From Dehalococcoidia bacterium UBA2247 (lineage in GTDB: Bacteria; Chloroflexota; Dehalococcoidia; UBA2247), in NCBI GenBank assembly GCA_002347295.1, contig DDXZ01000005.1, forward strand, positions 27,537 to 91,536: a stretch of DNA of 64,000 nucleotides. Direction: 5' to 3'. Below are positions 19,189-29,898 of the stretch, piece by piece. Every line of letters begins with the position of its first letter. The stretch's first letter is position 1. The notes under the pieces were generated by a model. That model did no database searches and was not told where the DNA came from. It saw only the letters and a program-made list of their open reading frames with translations. A program made the position numbers and the translations under genes.

Positions 19189-19264
19189 TGGAGCGGGAGA
19201 CGGGATTCGAACCCGCGACCACCTACTTGGAAGGCAGGAGCTCTGCCAACTGAGCTACTCCCGC
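19189..19264 (-). tRNA. tRNA-Gly (anticodon UCC), CCA encoded
   Basis: Hand fold: GCGGGAG acceptor, D-arm GCTCAGTTGGCAGAGC, anticodon loop CTTCCAA, T-arm GGTTCGAATCC. Confidence 0.85.
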
Positions 19265-19287
19265 TAATAAGCATCTTTCAGTTATGC

Positions 19288-19365
19288 TGGTCGGGGTGGG
19301 CGGACTTGAACCGCCGACCTCATGGTCCCAAACCATGCGCGCTAAACCGACTGCGCTACACCCCG
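19288..19365 (-). tRNA. tRNA-Pro (anticodon UGG), CCA encoded
   Basis: Hand fold: CGGGGTG acceptor, anticodon loop TTTGGGA, T-arm GGCGGTTCAAGTCCGCC. Confidence 0.85.
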
Positions 19366-19492
19366 CCATAAGGCGCAATACATTGTGCCACGATATAACG
19401 ATTTTTACAAGAGAATTGAGTGAAGGAATAGTAAAAGGGTAGGTTATGCCACGCCCTTTCTATTACTAAGAAGAGGTAACCTTCAAGTTATT

Positions 19493-19804
19493 TTAACCTT
19501 CAAGAGTGTTTGCCCATTCCTGCATCATTTTTTTAATGCGTTCCGCGAGTTTAGGGTTATTGCGTAACCTGTCAATAAAAACGGGGCATGCTTCCAAAAG
19601 AGCGTTTTGTGCCGCCATAGCCATATTAGATAGTAATTGTCCCATTCCCTGCGATGAAAGGTCGGCAGAAGCGCCTGGTATTGTATTACCCAATTGCTGA
19701 CGCAAATCTGCTTCACTTACACGCAAGGGAACGACGCAATTTTTGTACCAGGGACAGGATTTGCACTGTACCAGTGCCTGCGCTTCATTTAAAATATCAT
19801 CCAC
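19493..19804 (-). CDS. Small Cys-containing hypothetical protein (103 aa) downstream of the por operon
   Basis: ORF; CKSCPWYKNC motif. Confidence 0.4.
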   Translation of the reverse strand: MDDILNEAQALVQCKSCPWYKNCVVPLRVSEADLRQQLGNTIPGASADLSSQGMGQLLSNMAMAAQNALLEACPVFIDRLRNNPKLAERIKKMMQEWANTLEG

Positions 19805-19844
19805 GATTATTTCTCATTCTTACCAATTAGTATGGTAACACTTT

Positions 19845-20795
19845 TTAGACAACTCTCATATCGTCGCACATCATTTTTCTCTTCAACTCAATAAAGTTGC
19901 TATTTACTCTTTTTTCGATTTCTTTAATGGTATCATCGGAAAGATGGCGGAATCTCCCCTGTAGCTTCAGGTAATCTTTAACCGGGTCAAGCTTAGAGGG
20001 TTCATGATTTATCTTGTAAACACCATTTTCGACCTCATATAACGGGAATATACCCGTTTTGACTGCCAGACGTCCCAGCTCAATAGCAAGTTCCGGAGCA
20101 CTACGCCATCCTGTAGGACAGACAGAAAAAACATGTAAATAAGACGGCCCTTTCATTGTAGTCGCTTTTTTTACTTTATTAATCAGGTCAAAGGGATAGG
20201 AAGGACTGGCAGTAGCGACATAAGGGATATTGTGAGCAATAGCGATGGAGGGCAAATCCTTTTTCCAGGTAAGTTGACCGATACTCTTTTTACCGGCAGG
20301 TGAAGTTGTAGTAGAAGCACCAAAGGGAGTTGTACTGGATCTTTGAATACCGGTATTCATATAGGCTTCGTTGTCAAAACAGATATAGACAAAGCGATGT
20401 CCTCTTTCCAGAGCACCGGATAATGCTTGCATACCGATATCTGCCGTACCGCCGTCTCCCGCCATAGCCGCAACGATGGTATTTTCGTTACTATATCTCC
20501 CTTTTTTACGCAGGACTTTTAATCCACATTCTATTCCCGATGCTACGGCAGCGGTGTTTTCAAAAAGTGTATGAATCCAGGGAACCCCCCAGGCAGTGTT
20601 AGGGAGCTGCGAGGAAACGACCTCCATACAGCCCGTAGCATTGGCAATGATAACGTTTGGTCCGAGAGCCTTACAGACAAGTCTTACGGCCAGTGCTTCA
20701 CCGCAACCAACACACCCGCGATGACCGGAAACGAAGTATTCTTCCGGGGGAACTTTACTGAAAATTTTCGGTTGTTTCTGTAATTTTTGTTCCAC
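19845..20795 (-). CDS. porB: 2-oxoacid (probably pyruvate):ferredoxin oxidoreductase, beta subunit (TPP-binding)
   Basis: GDGG...N TPP motif; Cys cluster; typical four-subunit OFOR order. Confidence 0.85.
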   Translation of the reverse strand: MEQKLQKQPKIFSKVPPEEYFVSGHRGCVGCGEALAVRLVCKALGPNVIIANATGCMEVVSSQLPNTAWGVPWIHTLFENTAAVASGIECGLKVLRKKGRYSNENTIVAAMAGDGGTADIGMQALSGALERGHRFVYICFDNEAYMNTGIQRSSTTPFGASTTTSPAGKKSIGQLTWKKDLPSIAIAHNIPYVATASPSYPFDLINKVKKATTMKGPSYLHVFSVCPTGWRSAPELAIELGRLAVKTGIFPLYEVENGVYKINHEPSKLDPVKDYLKLQGRFRHLSDDTIKEIEKRVNSNFIELKRKMMCDDMRVV

Positions 20796-22019
20796 TTATT
20801 CTTTTACCCCAATCATTTCTACTTCATTTTTTGTACCGTGTTGTATAATTTCCTTGCCTCGTTTTGTCATATATTCAAAATCGCCTGGTGTCATATCCCG
20901 ACCGCCCAATCCGCCAATGAAACCGATAATACTCGGTTTCTTCTGAGAATCATAGAAAGCGGCTTTTATCTCGGAACAAACCGGTCCTCCCGGCCCTCCG
21001 AGGGAAATGCAGCGGTCAAGAACAAATAAATTATCTGCATTTTCTGTTGTCTGCTTTAATTCTGCGAATGGGAAGGGCCGCCATAATCTTAAGTGAATAA
21101 GTCCAACCTTTTCTCCTTTTGTACGCATGTTATCAATAGCAACCATGGCTGTTTCACTGTAACTACCCATGGTCAGGAGCAATGTTTTAGCATCTTCGGT
21201 TCGATATGTTTCTACCGGATTATAATGACGTCCGAAACGTTTTCCGAATTCATCCCATACTGACACGATAACTTTTTTACTGGAACGCAATGCCTCATCG
21301 GCAATCTTCTTTGTCTCTGTATAGATAAACGGAGGAGCAAATGCTCCCATAGTTACCGGCTTGTCGGGGCGTAGCGCGAAGGGATGCTTTAACGGTGGGA
21401 TAAATTTGTCGACATCACTCTTTTCAATAAGGGTGATGGGTTCTACAACATGAGTGAGATGAAATCCATCGAGGCTTAGCATTGTTGGTAACATTACAGT
21501 TGGGTCTTCAGCAATACGGAAGGCACATAATGTTAAATCAAACGCTTCCTGGCCGTTCTCTACAAAGAATTGAATCCAGCCGCAATCACGTGTAGCCATT
21601 ACATCAGAGTGATCACCCCAGATATTTAACGGACCGGATAATGCACGGTTAGCTACAGTCATAACAATAGGAAATCGTAGAGCTGAGGCAACATAGAGCA
21701 CTTCATGCATAAGTTCCAGACCCTGTCCGGCAGTAGCAGTAAAAGTGCGTGCACCAACTGCTGCCGATCCCAAACAGGCACTCATGGCGGAGTGTTCAGA
21801 TTCAACAGTAATAAATTCTGCATCCATTTCTCCGTTAGCGACCATGTCAGCAATATGCTCAACAATATGTGTTTGGGGAGTAATGGGATAAGCAGCAATA
21901 ACATCGGTGTTCGCCAATTTGGCTGCCTCGCCTAATGCAATGGAAACTTCCATTCCAATCTTTTGCGCCATTTTTATTCCTCCTCCTCTTCTATCATAGT
22001 AATTGCTTCCTGAGGACAT
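20796..22019 (-). CDS. porA: 2-oxoacid:ferredoxin oxidoreductase, alpha subunit
   Basis: 407 aa; pyruvate flavodoxin/ferredoxin oxidoreductase domain I; position between delta and beta. Confidence 0.85.
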   Translation of the reverse strand: MSSGSNYYDRRGGGIKMAQKIGMEVSIALGEAAKLANTDVIAAYPITPQTHIVEHIADMVANGEMDAEFITVESEHSAMSACLGSAAVGARTFTATAGQGLELMHEVLYVASALRFPIVMTVANRALSGPLNIWGDHSDVMATRDCGWIQFFVENGQEAFDLTLCAFRIAEDPTVMLPTMLSLDGFHLTHVVEPITLIEKSDVDKFIPPLKHPFALRPDKPVTMGAFAPPFIYTETKKIADEALRSSKKVIVSVWDEFGKRFGRHYNPVETYRTEDAKTLLLTMGSYSETAMVAIDNMRTKGEKVGLIHLRLWRPFPFAELKQTTENADNLFVLDRCISLGGPGGPVCSEIKAAFYDSQKKPSIIGFIGGLGGRDMTPGDFEYMTKRGKEIIQHGTKNEVEMIGVKE

Positions 22020-22270
22020 TCATGGGCGCATATACCACAACCCTTACAATATTCGTAATTGGATAAAAAGTAACCTTTATTGTTAACGCGTATGCATCCT
22101 TCCGGACAATATATATAACAAAGGCCACATTTATTGCATTTTTCACGGTCTGTTACTGGTCTTTTTGATTTCCAGCTTCCAGTTTTATATTGACGCGCAT
22201 TTCCTGGTTCTGTTACCACACATCCCAGATTTAAATCTTTCAATGTTAGTGAATCTTCTGATTTTGCCAA
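21974..22270 (-). CDS. porD: 2-oxoacid:ferredoxin oxidoreductase, delta subunit (2x[4Fe-4S] ferredoxin)
   Basis: Two CxxCxxCxxxCP motifs. Confidence 0.85.
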   Translation of the reverse strand: MAKSEDSLTLKDLNLGCVVTEPGNARQYKTGSWKSKRPVTDREKCNKCGLCYIYCPEGCIRVNNKGYFLSNYEYCKGCGICAHECPQEAITMIEEEEE

Positions 22271-22271
22271 T

Positions 22272-22847
22272 TTATTTCTCCTCTATCAGGGATTCTTGAT
22301 AAGCTCGCTTACATGCAATTAAATTACGTTCTGCTGCCACACCAAAACGATTTTTTAAAGGTGCTTCAAGAGATTCGAGTTTAATTATTCCAGTTGCTTT
22401 AACCAGTAATCCCAGTATTGTGGTATTAACAATATTAAGTTTAATGGTTGCTAGAGCAATTGAAGTTGCGTTAACAACACCAACCCTGTTTGTAATTTCA
22501 TATTGTGATTTTATGTCGTTAATAGATTTTTTGGTATTTAATAACACAATACTGTCTTCTTTAAGTCCAGCTTTAACATCAACATAATCGAGAAGTCGCG
22601 GGTCAAGTACAAGGACAATATCCGGATTTTCTACAGCAGATCTTATTCTGATCTGTTTATCACTGATGCGGTTAAAGGCCAGGACAGGAGCGCCTCTTCT
22701 TTCAGGTCCAAAACTGGGGAAAGCCTGAGCAAATTTACCTTCTCCAATCGCAGCATGAGCAACCAATTCTGCCGATGTTACTGCTCCCTGTCCACCTCTA
22801 CCATGCCACCGAATTTCAACAGTACCCTCTGTTTTTTCAGGTATCAC
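22272..22847 (-). CDS. porG: 2-oxoacid:ferredoxin oxidoreductase, gamma subunit
   Basis: 191 aa; gamma-subunit family; first gene of the cluster. Confidence 0.8.
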   Translation of the reverse strand: MIPEKTEGTVEIRWHGRGGQGAVTSAELVAHAAIGEGKFAQAFPSFGPERRGAPVLAFNRISDKQIRIRSAVENPDIVLVLDPRLLDYVDVKAGLKEDSIVLLNTKKSINDIKSQYEITNRVGVVNATSIALATIKLNIVNTTILGLLVKATGIIKLESLEAPLKNRFGVAAERNLIACKRAYQESLIEEK

Positions 22848-22882
22848 AATTTTTCTCCCATTTTAGTAATTTTAGCATCTAA

Positions 22883-22955
22883 TGCCCCTGGAGCGACTCG
22901 AACGCTCGCAACCAGCTCCGGAGGCTGGTGCTCTATCCAACTGAGCTACAGGGGC
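22883..22955 (-). tRNA. tRNA-Arg (anticodon CCG), no encoded CCA
   Basis: Hand fold: GCCCCTG acceptor, anticodon loop CTCCGGA, T-arm GAGCGTTCGAGTCGCTC. Confidence 0.8.
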
Positions 22956-23101
22956 AAGTCACTAATATAATCTTTTAATGTACTATATTTGCAGCATAAA
23001 TCACATATATAGTCTTATAGAAATCTGCAGGATATATTTCTAGATATACTACTAATATAATTGGAAACAGTTGACTAATGCAACAAATCGGTTCGGTTAC
23101 A

Positions 23102-23581
23102 TCAAGAAGAAAATAATTCCGGGAAGCTGGACAGATTTATTTTGTTGTTTAGAGAAGTGCCCGGTGAGAAAACATATTGTATGGTAGTTTTTAATTTATT
23201 TCTTAAAAGAGCAATTTGTGGTTTGTAGAGGATCACGCGCTCTTGCCGGTGTGTGAGGGGCATTTCCAAAATGGCAGAAATAACCTTTTCTGTTACTTTA
23301 TGGTGTGAAATTACGGTAGTTTCATCACCATTAGACTGTAACTCAATTAGTATCGGTAAAAGTAGGTCGTTCTGTTCATCAGGTGTTATTAATTCGGCAA
23401 GATAGTGTAATTCCTTTCTTTTAAAGAGATGAACGGAATCGTCACTACAAACGACATGAGGATATTCTTCACACAGCAAGTCTGCCAGGGATTTCTGTTT
23501 CCGTGGCAGATGAGCATTCATAACTCTCATCTCATCCTTGAGATATTGTTGTAATACTTTCTCGTATAGTCCGTCCAGCAC
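23102..23581 (-). CDS. Hypothetical protein (159 aa), distal gene of the A/V-ATPase operon
   Basis: ORF abuts atpD with no gap; no motif recognised. Confidence 0.4.
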   Translation of the reverse strand: MLDGLYEKVLQQYLKDEMRVMNAHLPRKQKSLADLLCEEYPHVVCSDDSVHLFKRKELHYLAELITPDEQNDLLLPILIELQSNGDETTVISHHKVTEKVISAILEMPLTHRQERVILYKPQIALLRNKLKTTIQYVFSPGTSLNNKINLSSFPELFSS

Positions 23582-24214
23582 TTATTTCTTCTTCTCGAGT
23601 AATGCTTTAACACGCTTCATGCGCCCCTTCTCTTCACGGTCTCTTTCTTCAAATTTCATATAGAGAAACTTGATTGTCACTTTGAGGGAGGGCATAATAA
23701 TGTATTCAAGCGCGTTTGTTACTCTTTTTGATTTCTTAATTTCCAGACCAAGAGACTCCAGGTTACTCTGAGCTTCAGCAACTTCAACAATATATTCCAG
23801 ACACTTTCGAGCTGCTTCTGCTTCCCAGTCTATCAGCGATGAGGTATCAGCAATACTATAGGTAATCTTTGGCCCTTCCTCTTGCAGTTCGAAAGAAGGC
23901 ATCCTCACCCCCGCTACGTTACGAACTCCCGTAGCAATTTTTATGTCTTTTTCTGAGGCGACAAATTCCTTTTCCAATACCATATTACCATGATAACCGG
24001 AGGCGATAGATACTACTTTATAAAAGTTAGGAAACTCGTCAACCAATTTTTCACGAGCAGCTACAGTCTCGCGTGCTGTTTGCAGAAATTCCATTGTAAT
24101 GATGGCCAACCTATCTTTGACAATCTTATGCACCCGTGTTGTCAGAGTGAGTCTTCTCTTGAGACGTATAAATTCAATTTTAGTAGGTCGTACTTTTATT
24201 AATTTATCTGCCAT
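23582..24214 (-). CDS. atpD: A/V-type ATP synthase subunit D
   Basis: 210 aa coiled-coil central stalk protein; operon position after B. Confidence 0.8.
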   Translation of the reverse strand: MADKLIKVRPTKIEFIRLKRRLTLTTRVHKIVKDRLAIITMEFLQTARETVAAREKLVDEFPNFYKVVSIASGYHGNMVLEKEFVASEKDIKIATGVRNVAGVRMPSFELQEEGPKITYSIADTSSLIDWEAEAARKCLEYIVEVAEAQSNLESLGLEIKKSKRVTNALEYIIMPSLKVTIKFLYMKFEERDREEKGRMKRVKALLEKKK

Positions 24215-24230
24215 CTATTTTCTTCTTACT

Positions 24231-25637
24231 TCAGACTTTTTTCTCATCTTTATATTTGGGAAGGTATTTCTTGATATATTCCTCACGAATAAGTTTAAGG
24301 TCTTCTTCCGGCAGGTCTGCAAAAAGCTTCCAACCGATATCAAGGGTTTCTTCTACTGTTCTTCTCTCGTCTTCACCTTGTAACAGAAATTCTGACTCAA
24401 AGCGATCAGCAGCACTAAGATAAATCTTGTCCCGGTCACTTAATGCTTCAGCACCGATAATGGTAGAGATCTCACGCAGGTAGCTGCCTTCAGCATATGC
24501 GGCGTATAATTGCATAAAGACATTATTATGGTCTTCTCTGGTCTTATTTTCTCCGATACCTTCCTTCATCATTCGTGATAGAGATAAGAAGACATCAATA
24601 GGAGGATAGATACCTTTCCTCTGCAACTCACGGGAAACAACAATCTGGCCTTCAGTAATATAACCTGTCAAATCAGGAATAGGATGGGTAATATCATCAT
24701 CAGGCATGGTCAGGATAGGCATGATGGTCACAGAACCTTCGCGGCCACTAATTCTTCCTGCCCTCTCATAAATTCCAGCAAGGTCAGTATACATATAACC
24801 GGGGTAACCACGCCGACTGGGAATCTCATCACGCATGGCAGAAAGTTCACGTAAAGCTTCACAATAATTGGTCATGTCAGTAAGGATAACCAGAGTATGC
24901 ATACCGTGGTTCCATGCGAGATATTCTGCGGCTGTTAATGCCAGTTTTGGTGTTGAGATACGTTCAATAACCGGGTCGGAAGCAGTATTGATGAAAGCGA
25001 CTGCTCTTGCCATAGCACCGGTTTCACCGAGGTTTTTGATAAAGAAGTCCGCGTCATTATAGCTTACACCGATAGCACCAAATACAATAACGAATTTTTC
25101 TGAAGCACCGCGTACAGCAGCCTGTTTTAATATCTGGGCTGTAATTTGATTGTGCGGTAAACCGGAGCCGCTGAAAATAGGTAATTTCTGTCCGCGTACG
25201 AGAGCATTCAGTCCATCAATAGAAGATATACCTGTTTCGATAAACTCGGCAGGAGGCATACGTGCTGCAGGGTTTATCGGCTCACCATTTACATTGAGGT
25301 AGTCTTCTGCGACTACTTCAGGGCCGCCGTCGATAGGTTTTCCCATACCATTAAATATACGGCCGAGAATATCGATAGAAACGGGTAATTTCAGTGTCTC
25401 GCCTTTGTATCTAACACTGCAACCAGCGAGGTCAACTTCACTAACACCACCAAATACCTGTACGACGATGGCATCTTTACTAACATCGATTGCCTGACCC
25501 TGTCGAATCTCACCGTTGGTAAGTTTTACATCAACGATTTCACCATATTGCACGCCAGGAATACCTTTGGCAATAAGCAAAGACCCTTTTGCTTGATTGA
25601 TTGCTTTACCTTCTTTTACGTAGAGCGGAGAGCTCAT
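24231..25637 (-). CDS. atpB: A/V-type ATP synthase subunit B
   Basis: 468 aa; non-catalytic nucleotide-binding subunit motifs. Confidence 0.9.
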   Translation of the reverse strand: MSSPLYVKEGKAINQAKGSLLIAKGIPGVQYGEIVDVKLTNGEIRQGQAIDVSKDAIVVQVFGGVSEVDLAGCSVRYKGETLKLPVSIDILGRIFNGMGKPIDGGPEVVAEDYLNVNGEPINPAARMPPAEFIETGISSIDGLNALVRGQKLPIFSGSGLPHNQITAQILKQAAVRGASEKFVIVFGAIGVSYNDADFFIKNLGETGAMARAVAFINTASDPVIERISTPKLALTAAEYLAWNHGMHTLVILTDMTNYCEALRELSAMRDEIPSRRGYPGYMYTDLAGIYERAGRISGREGSVTIMPILTMPDDDITHPIPDLTGYITEGQIVVSRELQRKGIYPPIDVFLSLSRMMKEGIGENKTREDHNNVFMQLYAAYAEGSYLREISTIIGAEALSDRDKIYLSAADRFESEFLLQGEDERRTVEETLDIGWKLFADLPEEDLKLIREEYIKKYLPKYKDEKKV

Positions 25638-27388
25638 CTAACCCCTCCTTTTTGTGGAATTAAACCTGTTTCCATATCATTTGTTAATTCTTTTACACGT
25701 TGTTCGAAGTCTTCATTTGGAATATCCTTCATTCGGGATATCCTGGGTACTATTGGCGATTGTCTCAATTCATTAATTGTTCCGCCAGATTCGATAAGCT
25801 GCTGTGCCAGAGTATTGAATCGCATAATCGTCTTGACCATAAGCTGCGCTCTTTGCGGGGTGGTATAAGTGTCAACAGGATGATACGCACTCTGCATAAG
25901 GAAATCCTCCCGCAGCATTCTGGCTACCATTAATGTTAGCTTATCTCTCTCTGGTAGGGCTTCAGGACCCACCAGACGAACAATTTCTTCCAATTCCGCT
26001 TCCAACTGAAGTATGCGTAAGGCGGATGCTCTTATCTCTGCCCAATCGGGGGCTATCTTGCTCCACCATTCCTTAACAGAATCCACATAAAGGCTGTAAC
26101 TCTGTAACCAGCTAATTGCCGGGAAATGTCTCTTGTTAGCCAGTGAAGTATCAAGCGCATAAAGAGCATCAACAATACGGAGCGTATTCTGTGTAACTGG
26201 TTCGCTGAAGTCAGCACCCGGGGGACTTACTGCGCCTACAATAGTTACAGATCCCATTCGATCGGGAGAACCGATGCATTCAACCTGCCCCGCTCTCTCA
26301 TAGAAAGAAGAAAGACGGGAACCCATGTAGGCCGGGAAGCCCTCTTCACCTGGCATTTCCTCCAGACGACCACCAATCTCTCTCATAGCCTCGGCCCATC
26401 TTGAGGTAGAGTCAGCAACGAGGAGAACATCGTAGCCCATATCACGGAAGTATTCCGCTAGCGTGATACCAACGAAGATGCTGGCCTCGCGGGCAACCAC
26501 CGGCATATTAGAAGTGTTCGCCAGGAAGACTTCTTTTTCTGCCAGTAATCTACCACTGTTGGGGTCCTTTAACTCTTTAAAGCTGTAAAGAACGTCTGCC
26601 ATTTCATTACCACGTTCTCCACATCCCACATAAATATTAATCTGTGTTTGTGACCATCTCACAAGCTGTTGCTGCGTCACTGTCTTACCGGTACCAAAAC
26701 CTCCCGGAATAGCAGCTTTACCACCCAGCGCGAGGGGAAACATGTAATCAAGGATTCTCATACCGGTAACGAGCAAACGGGTTGTCGGCAGTCTCTTTTT
26801 GTATGGCCGAGGCTTCTTGATGGGCCATTTCTGCATCATAATAATTTCTTTGGTCTCTCCATCCTGTTCGACCAATGCCACTGGCTCCACAACAGTAAAT
26901 TGCCCCTCGGATATTTTCTTTATAGTACCGCTGATACCTTGTGGAATCATGATTTTATGTACTATCAATCCGGTTTCAGGAACAGTACCAATAATAGTGC
27001 CTTCGGATACTTTATCACCTACTTTTACTGTTGGGGTAAATTGCCATTTTTTATCACGTGGTAGCGCAAATGATTTTACGCCACGTCTTAAAAATACATC
27101 ACCATTTGCCATAAGAGCAGTGAGTGATTTCTGCAGACCATCATAAATAGCTCCCACGATACCAGGGCCTAACTCGGCAGTTAAAATACTACCGGTTCCC
27201 CTGACTTCCTCCCCGGCTTGCAGCCCGAGGGTATCCTCGTGTGCCTGAATTACGGCGCGATCACTATCAAGACTGATAATCTCGCCCACTAAACCCTCGC
27301 TGCCTATTTCAACAACCTCGTTGACCTGGGAACCTCTCATTCCTTCTGCTACAATGACCGGTCCCGTAATACGCCAAATTTTTCCCAC
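25634..27388 (-). CDS. atpA: A/V-type ATP synthase catalytic subunit A
   Basis: 584 aa; GPFGTGKT-like Walker A (GGFGTGKT); non-homologous insert region typical of A subunits. Confidence 0.9.
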   Translation of the reverse strand: MGKIWRITGPVIVAEGMRGSQVNEVVEIGSEGLVGEIISLDSDRAVIQAHEDTLGLQAGEEVRGTGSILTAELGPGIVGAIYDGLQKSLTALMANGDVFLRRGVKSFALPRDKKWQFTPTVKVGDKVSEGTIIGTVPETGLIVHKIMIPQGISGTIKKISEGQFTVVEPVALVEQDGETKEIIMMQKWPIKKPRPYKKRLPTTRLLVTGMRILDYMFPLALGGKAAIPGGFGTGKTVTQQQLVRWSQTQINIYVGCGERGNEMADVLYSFKELKDPNSGRLLAEKEVFLANTSNMPVVAREASIFVGITLAEYFRDMGYDVLLVADSTSRWAEAMREIGGRLEEMPGEEGFPAYMGSRLSSFYERAGQVECIGSPDRMGSVTIVGAVSPPGADFSEPVTQNTLRIVDALYALDTSLANKRHFPAISWLQSYSLYVDSVKEWWSKIAPDWAEIRASALRILQLEAELEEIVRLVGPEALPERDKLTLMVARMLREDFLMQSAYHPVDTYTTPQRAQLMVKTIMRFNTLAQQLIESGGTINELRQSPIVPRISRMKDIPNEDFEQRVKELTNDMETGLIPQKGGVR

Positions 27389-27418
27389 GGCTATATAACC
27401 CCCTTAACCACTGTAAAG

Positions 27419-27772
27419 TTAAATCTGTAAATCAAAACCGATGAAATCTCTGATATAACCTTTATAATAAGCTCTGACATCTTTATATTTCGCCCCAAAT
27501 TTTGAGGGCACGGAAACGATGACGGGAGTAACCTTCTTTTCATCCCTGAGCTTTTTCACCATATCAGAAATATACTCGGCATAGTCTTCTAATATAACAA
27601 TAACACCAATTTCAGGATCGCTTATTAAAGCACTTACTTCGTTTCTAATCTCATCACGAGCTGTATCGAGATTACTTATAATATGATAGCGATTTATACC
27701 TGCCATTCTCAACCCATTAACCAGGTCCTGGTCTCCAATAATAGCAATAGATAAAAAGGATGCTACTTTCAT
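27419..27772 (-). CDS. atpF: A/V-type ATP synthase subunit F
   Basis: 117 aa; operon position. Confidence 0.75.
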   Translation of the reverse strand: MKVASFLSIAIIGDQDLVNGLRMAGINRYHIISNLDTARDEIRNEVSALISDPEIGVIVILEDYAEYISDMVKKLRDEKKVTPVIVSVPSKFGAKYKDVRAYYKGYIRDFIGFDLQI

Positions 27773-28812
27773 GATGCAACCACCATAAAATTCCTGATAT
27801 CAGCCATTGGTGTTTTATCGAGAATCCCTTTCAATACTAAACGCATGTTTCGTACTTCAATTTCTTTGAGTATTAAATACCAGAGTACTATCAGGGGAGA
27901 CATGATTTTAAGTGATAGATTGTCTTTAAGCATTCTAAAACGATACTTTTCTATAATCTCATCAATTACTGTGATACTTTTATTACGTTCATAACCAGAT
28001 ACAATCTCGCGTGCGATCTCACTGTAAGAGGTGTTGGACAACCTCGCAGGAAGATCAACTAATTTTAATGACAGTAACTCTCTTATATAATCAATCTTCA
28101 GAGTGCCTCCGGAGATGATGGAACCTTCTACTTCTGCACCGATACCGCCTGCTATTACAGAGCGGAATACTTTTTGAAGATTAGTAAGATCTATAATTAA
28201 ACCAATAGACTTAACAAATGTCTTACTTTCTCTAAGTTTATTTACGGTGTCTAACAACCGGCTATAATATAGACTATCTAACTTCGATTCTACGACAAAT
28301 CTTGTTTGTCCACTAAGGACGTTGCTTTCATTATCTCTTAAAACTTGAGCGTATTTTTTCAAGCCGGATTCTTCAAGAACTGATATAACATTATCCAGAT
28401 CTTCTGCTGCTGAAAGGTGACCAAGAGCATCATTATTCTGAAGAATACCGAGTGGAATTAATTGTACTACTTGTTTGCCTGTTATACGCCAGAGGGTAGA
28501 CTTGATATTTAACACGTCGAATTTCTCAACATATACACCGAGTAATTTACGTACATCGTTTGGCGCGAAACGCAGCCACTGCAAGGTTCCAAGACACTTG
28601 TTATAATATGACCATAGGTATTCTTCGGCACTACTAAAAGAATTGATGCTACTATTTTCAAGATAATCTCCGATATCAGTACCATTAATGGCAGATAATA
28701 TCTCAGGAACAGTGGAAGCATGTAATATCGAGTCCATATGACTGGCGGATACCATTCTTGCCTGTTCACCTTCAAGATATCCGGATATAAAACTTTGCTT
28801 GATACTGGGCAA
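27769..28812 (-). CDS. atpC: A/V-type ATP synthase subunit C (d)
   Basis: 347 aa; operon position between E and F. Confidence 0.75.
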   Translation of the reverse strand: MPSIKQSFISGYLEGEQARMVSASHMDSILHASTVPEILSAINGTDIGDYLENSSINSFSSAEEYLWSYYNKCLGTLQWLRFAPNDVRKLLGVYVEKFDVLNIKSTLWRITGKQVVQLIPLGILQNNDALGHLSAAEDLDNVISVLEESGLKKYAQVLRDNESNVLSGQTRFVVESKLDSLYYSRLLDTVNKLRESKTFVKSIGLIIDLTNLQKVFRSVIAGGIGAEVEGSIISGGTLKIDYIRELLSLKLVDLPARLSNTSYSEIAREIVSGYERNKSITVIDEIIEKYRFRMLKDNLSLKIMSPLIVLWYLILKEIEVRNMRLVLKGILDKTPMADIRNFMVVAS

Positions 28813-28823
28813 ATTGCCTCCTT

Positions 28824-29408
28824 TTAATTAGGGAAGAGCTCTTTACTTATTTCGGGTATTACTCTGGGAAGTATCATATCGAGCCTGGTATCAAAGGTAT
28901 TATCTATTCTCAGACTGCCATCGATACTCTCAATTACAACTCCTCCATTACAATTAATTGTTTCAACTGCTTTTACTTTAGAGCCAAGTTCTTTATTTTT
29001 ATTGAGAATGCCCTTAACCATGGCTACATCTTTTTTAGAAAGATAAATTTTAACTTCACTAACACCAAGTCCGCTAATTGACTCTTTGATAAGATTAATC
29101 ATATTTGCTTCATTAGAAACAAAAGATAGCTCTTTCTTTACCTTGGCAATAACATTGGAAAGTACATTTGATTTGGCACTTAATAATTCCTGGCGCTCTC
29201 CAATGGAGGCTTGTGCCGATATTCTTGCTGCTTCTGCTTCTGCTCCTGCAATTAATCTGCGCCGTTCATTAGCAAATCTTATTTCCCTGTTTTTCTTAGC
29301 TGTCTCTATTTCAGCTTTGCCTTTTTCTTCGGCCTCTTCAATTATCTGACGTGCTTCTTCTTTGACTTTGTCAAGAATCGCAGCACTTATTTTATCCATT
29401 TCCTCCAT
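28824..29408 (-). CDS. atpE: A/V-type ATP synthase subunit E
   Basis: 194 aa; charged coiled-coil N-terminus. Confidence 0.75.
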   Translation of the reverse strand: MEEMDKISAAILDKVKEEARQIIEEAEEKGKAEIETAKKNREIRFANERRRLIAGAEAEAARISAQASIGERQELLSAKSNVLSNVIAKVKKELSFVSNEANMINLIKESISGLGVSEVKIYLSKKDVAMVKGILNKNKELGSKVKAVETINCNGGVVIESIDGSLRIDNTFDTRLDMILPRVIPEISKELFPN

Positions 29409-29417
29409 ATAGTTCTC

Positions 29418-29882
29418 CTACATGAGCCCTAACAGACTGAAGGTCATAATACAGAATACCAGGCCTAATACACCAATAAGTTCAACGTATACTGCGAGTA
29501 GCATGGTACTGGTAAAAATCTGTCCTTTGGTCTTGGGTAATAGACTGATACCAGAAGCACACACCGTACCCTGATAAATTGAAGAGAACAATTCGGCACA
29601 AGCGGATATAATACAAATACCTAATACAGCAATTCCTTTTGAACCATCGGCTGGTAAATTGGGAATAACTGAAGTAATAACAAGAATAGTGACAATAAGA
29701 GCATAGAAAGTTTGTGTCATTGGTAATGCCGCTAAGATAATAACATTTTTAAACTGTCCCGAGTCTTCTGAAAGGGTAGCTGTTCCTGCAGAAGCTCCTA
29801 ACGCCATACCAATGGAAGAACCAACCATACCGCCGACCAGTGCTATTGCACCACCAATAGTCGCCCATGTTTCCGGACTCAT
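29418..29882 (-). CDS. atpK: A/V-type ATP synthase proteolipid subunit K (c), duplicated 4-TM form
   Basis: 154 aa; Gly/Ala-rich TM hairpins. Confidence 0.8.
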   Translation of the reverse strand: MSPETWATIGGAIALVGGMVGSSIGMALGASAGTATLSEDSGQFKNVIILAALPMTQTFYALIVTILVITSVIPNLPADGSKGIAVLGICIISACAELFSSIYQGTVCASGISLLPKTKGQIFTSTMLLAVYVELIGVLGLVFCIMTFSLLGLM

Positions 29883-29898
29883 ATTAAAATCTTCCTCC

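Noticed and set aside
26669-27146. 131-aa and 115-aa + strand ORFs
   Set aside because: They are antisense to the A/V-ATPase A subunit.
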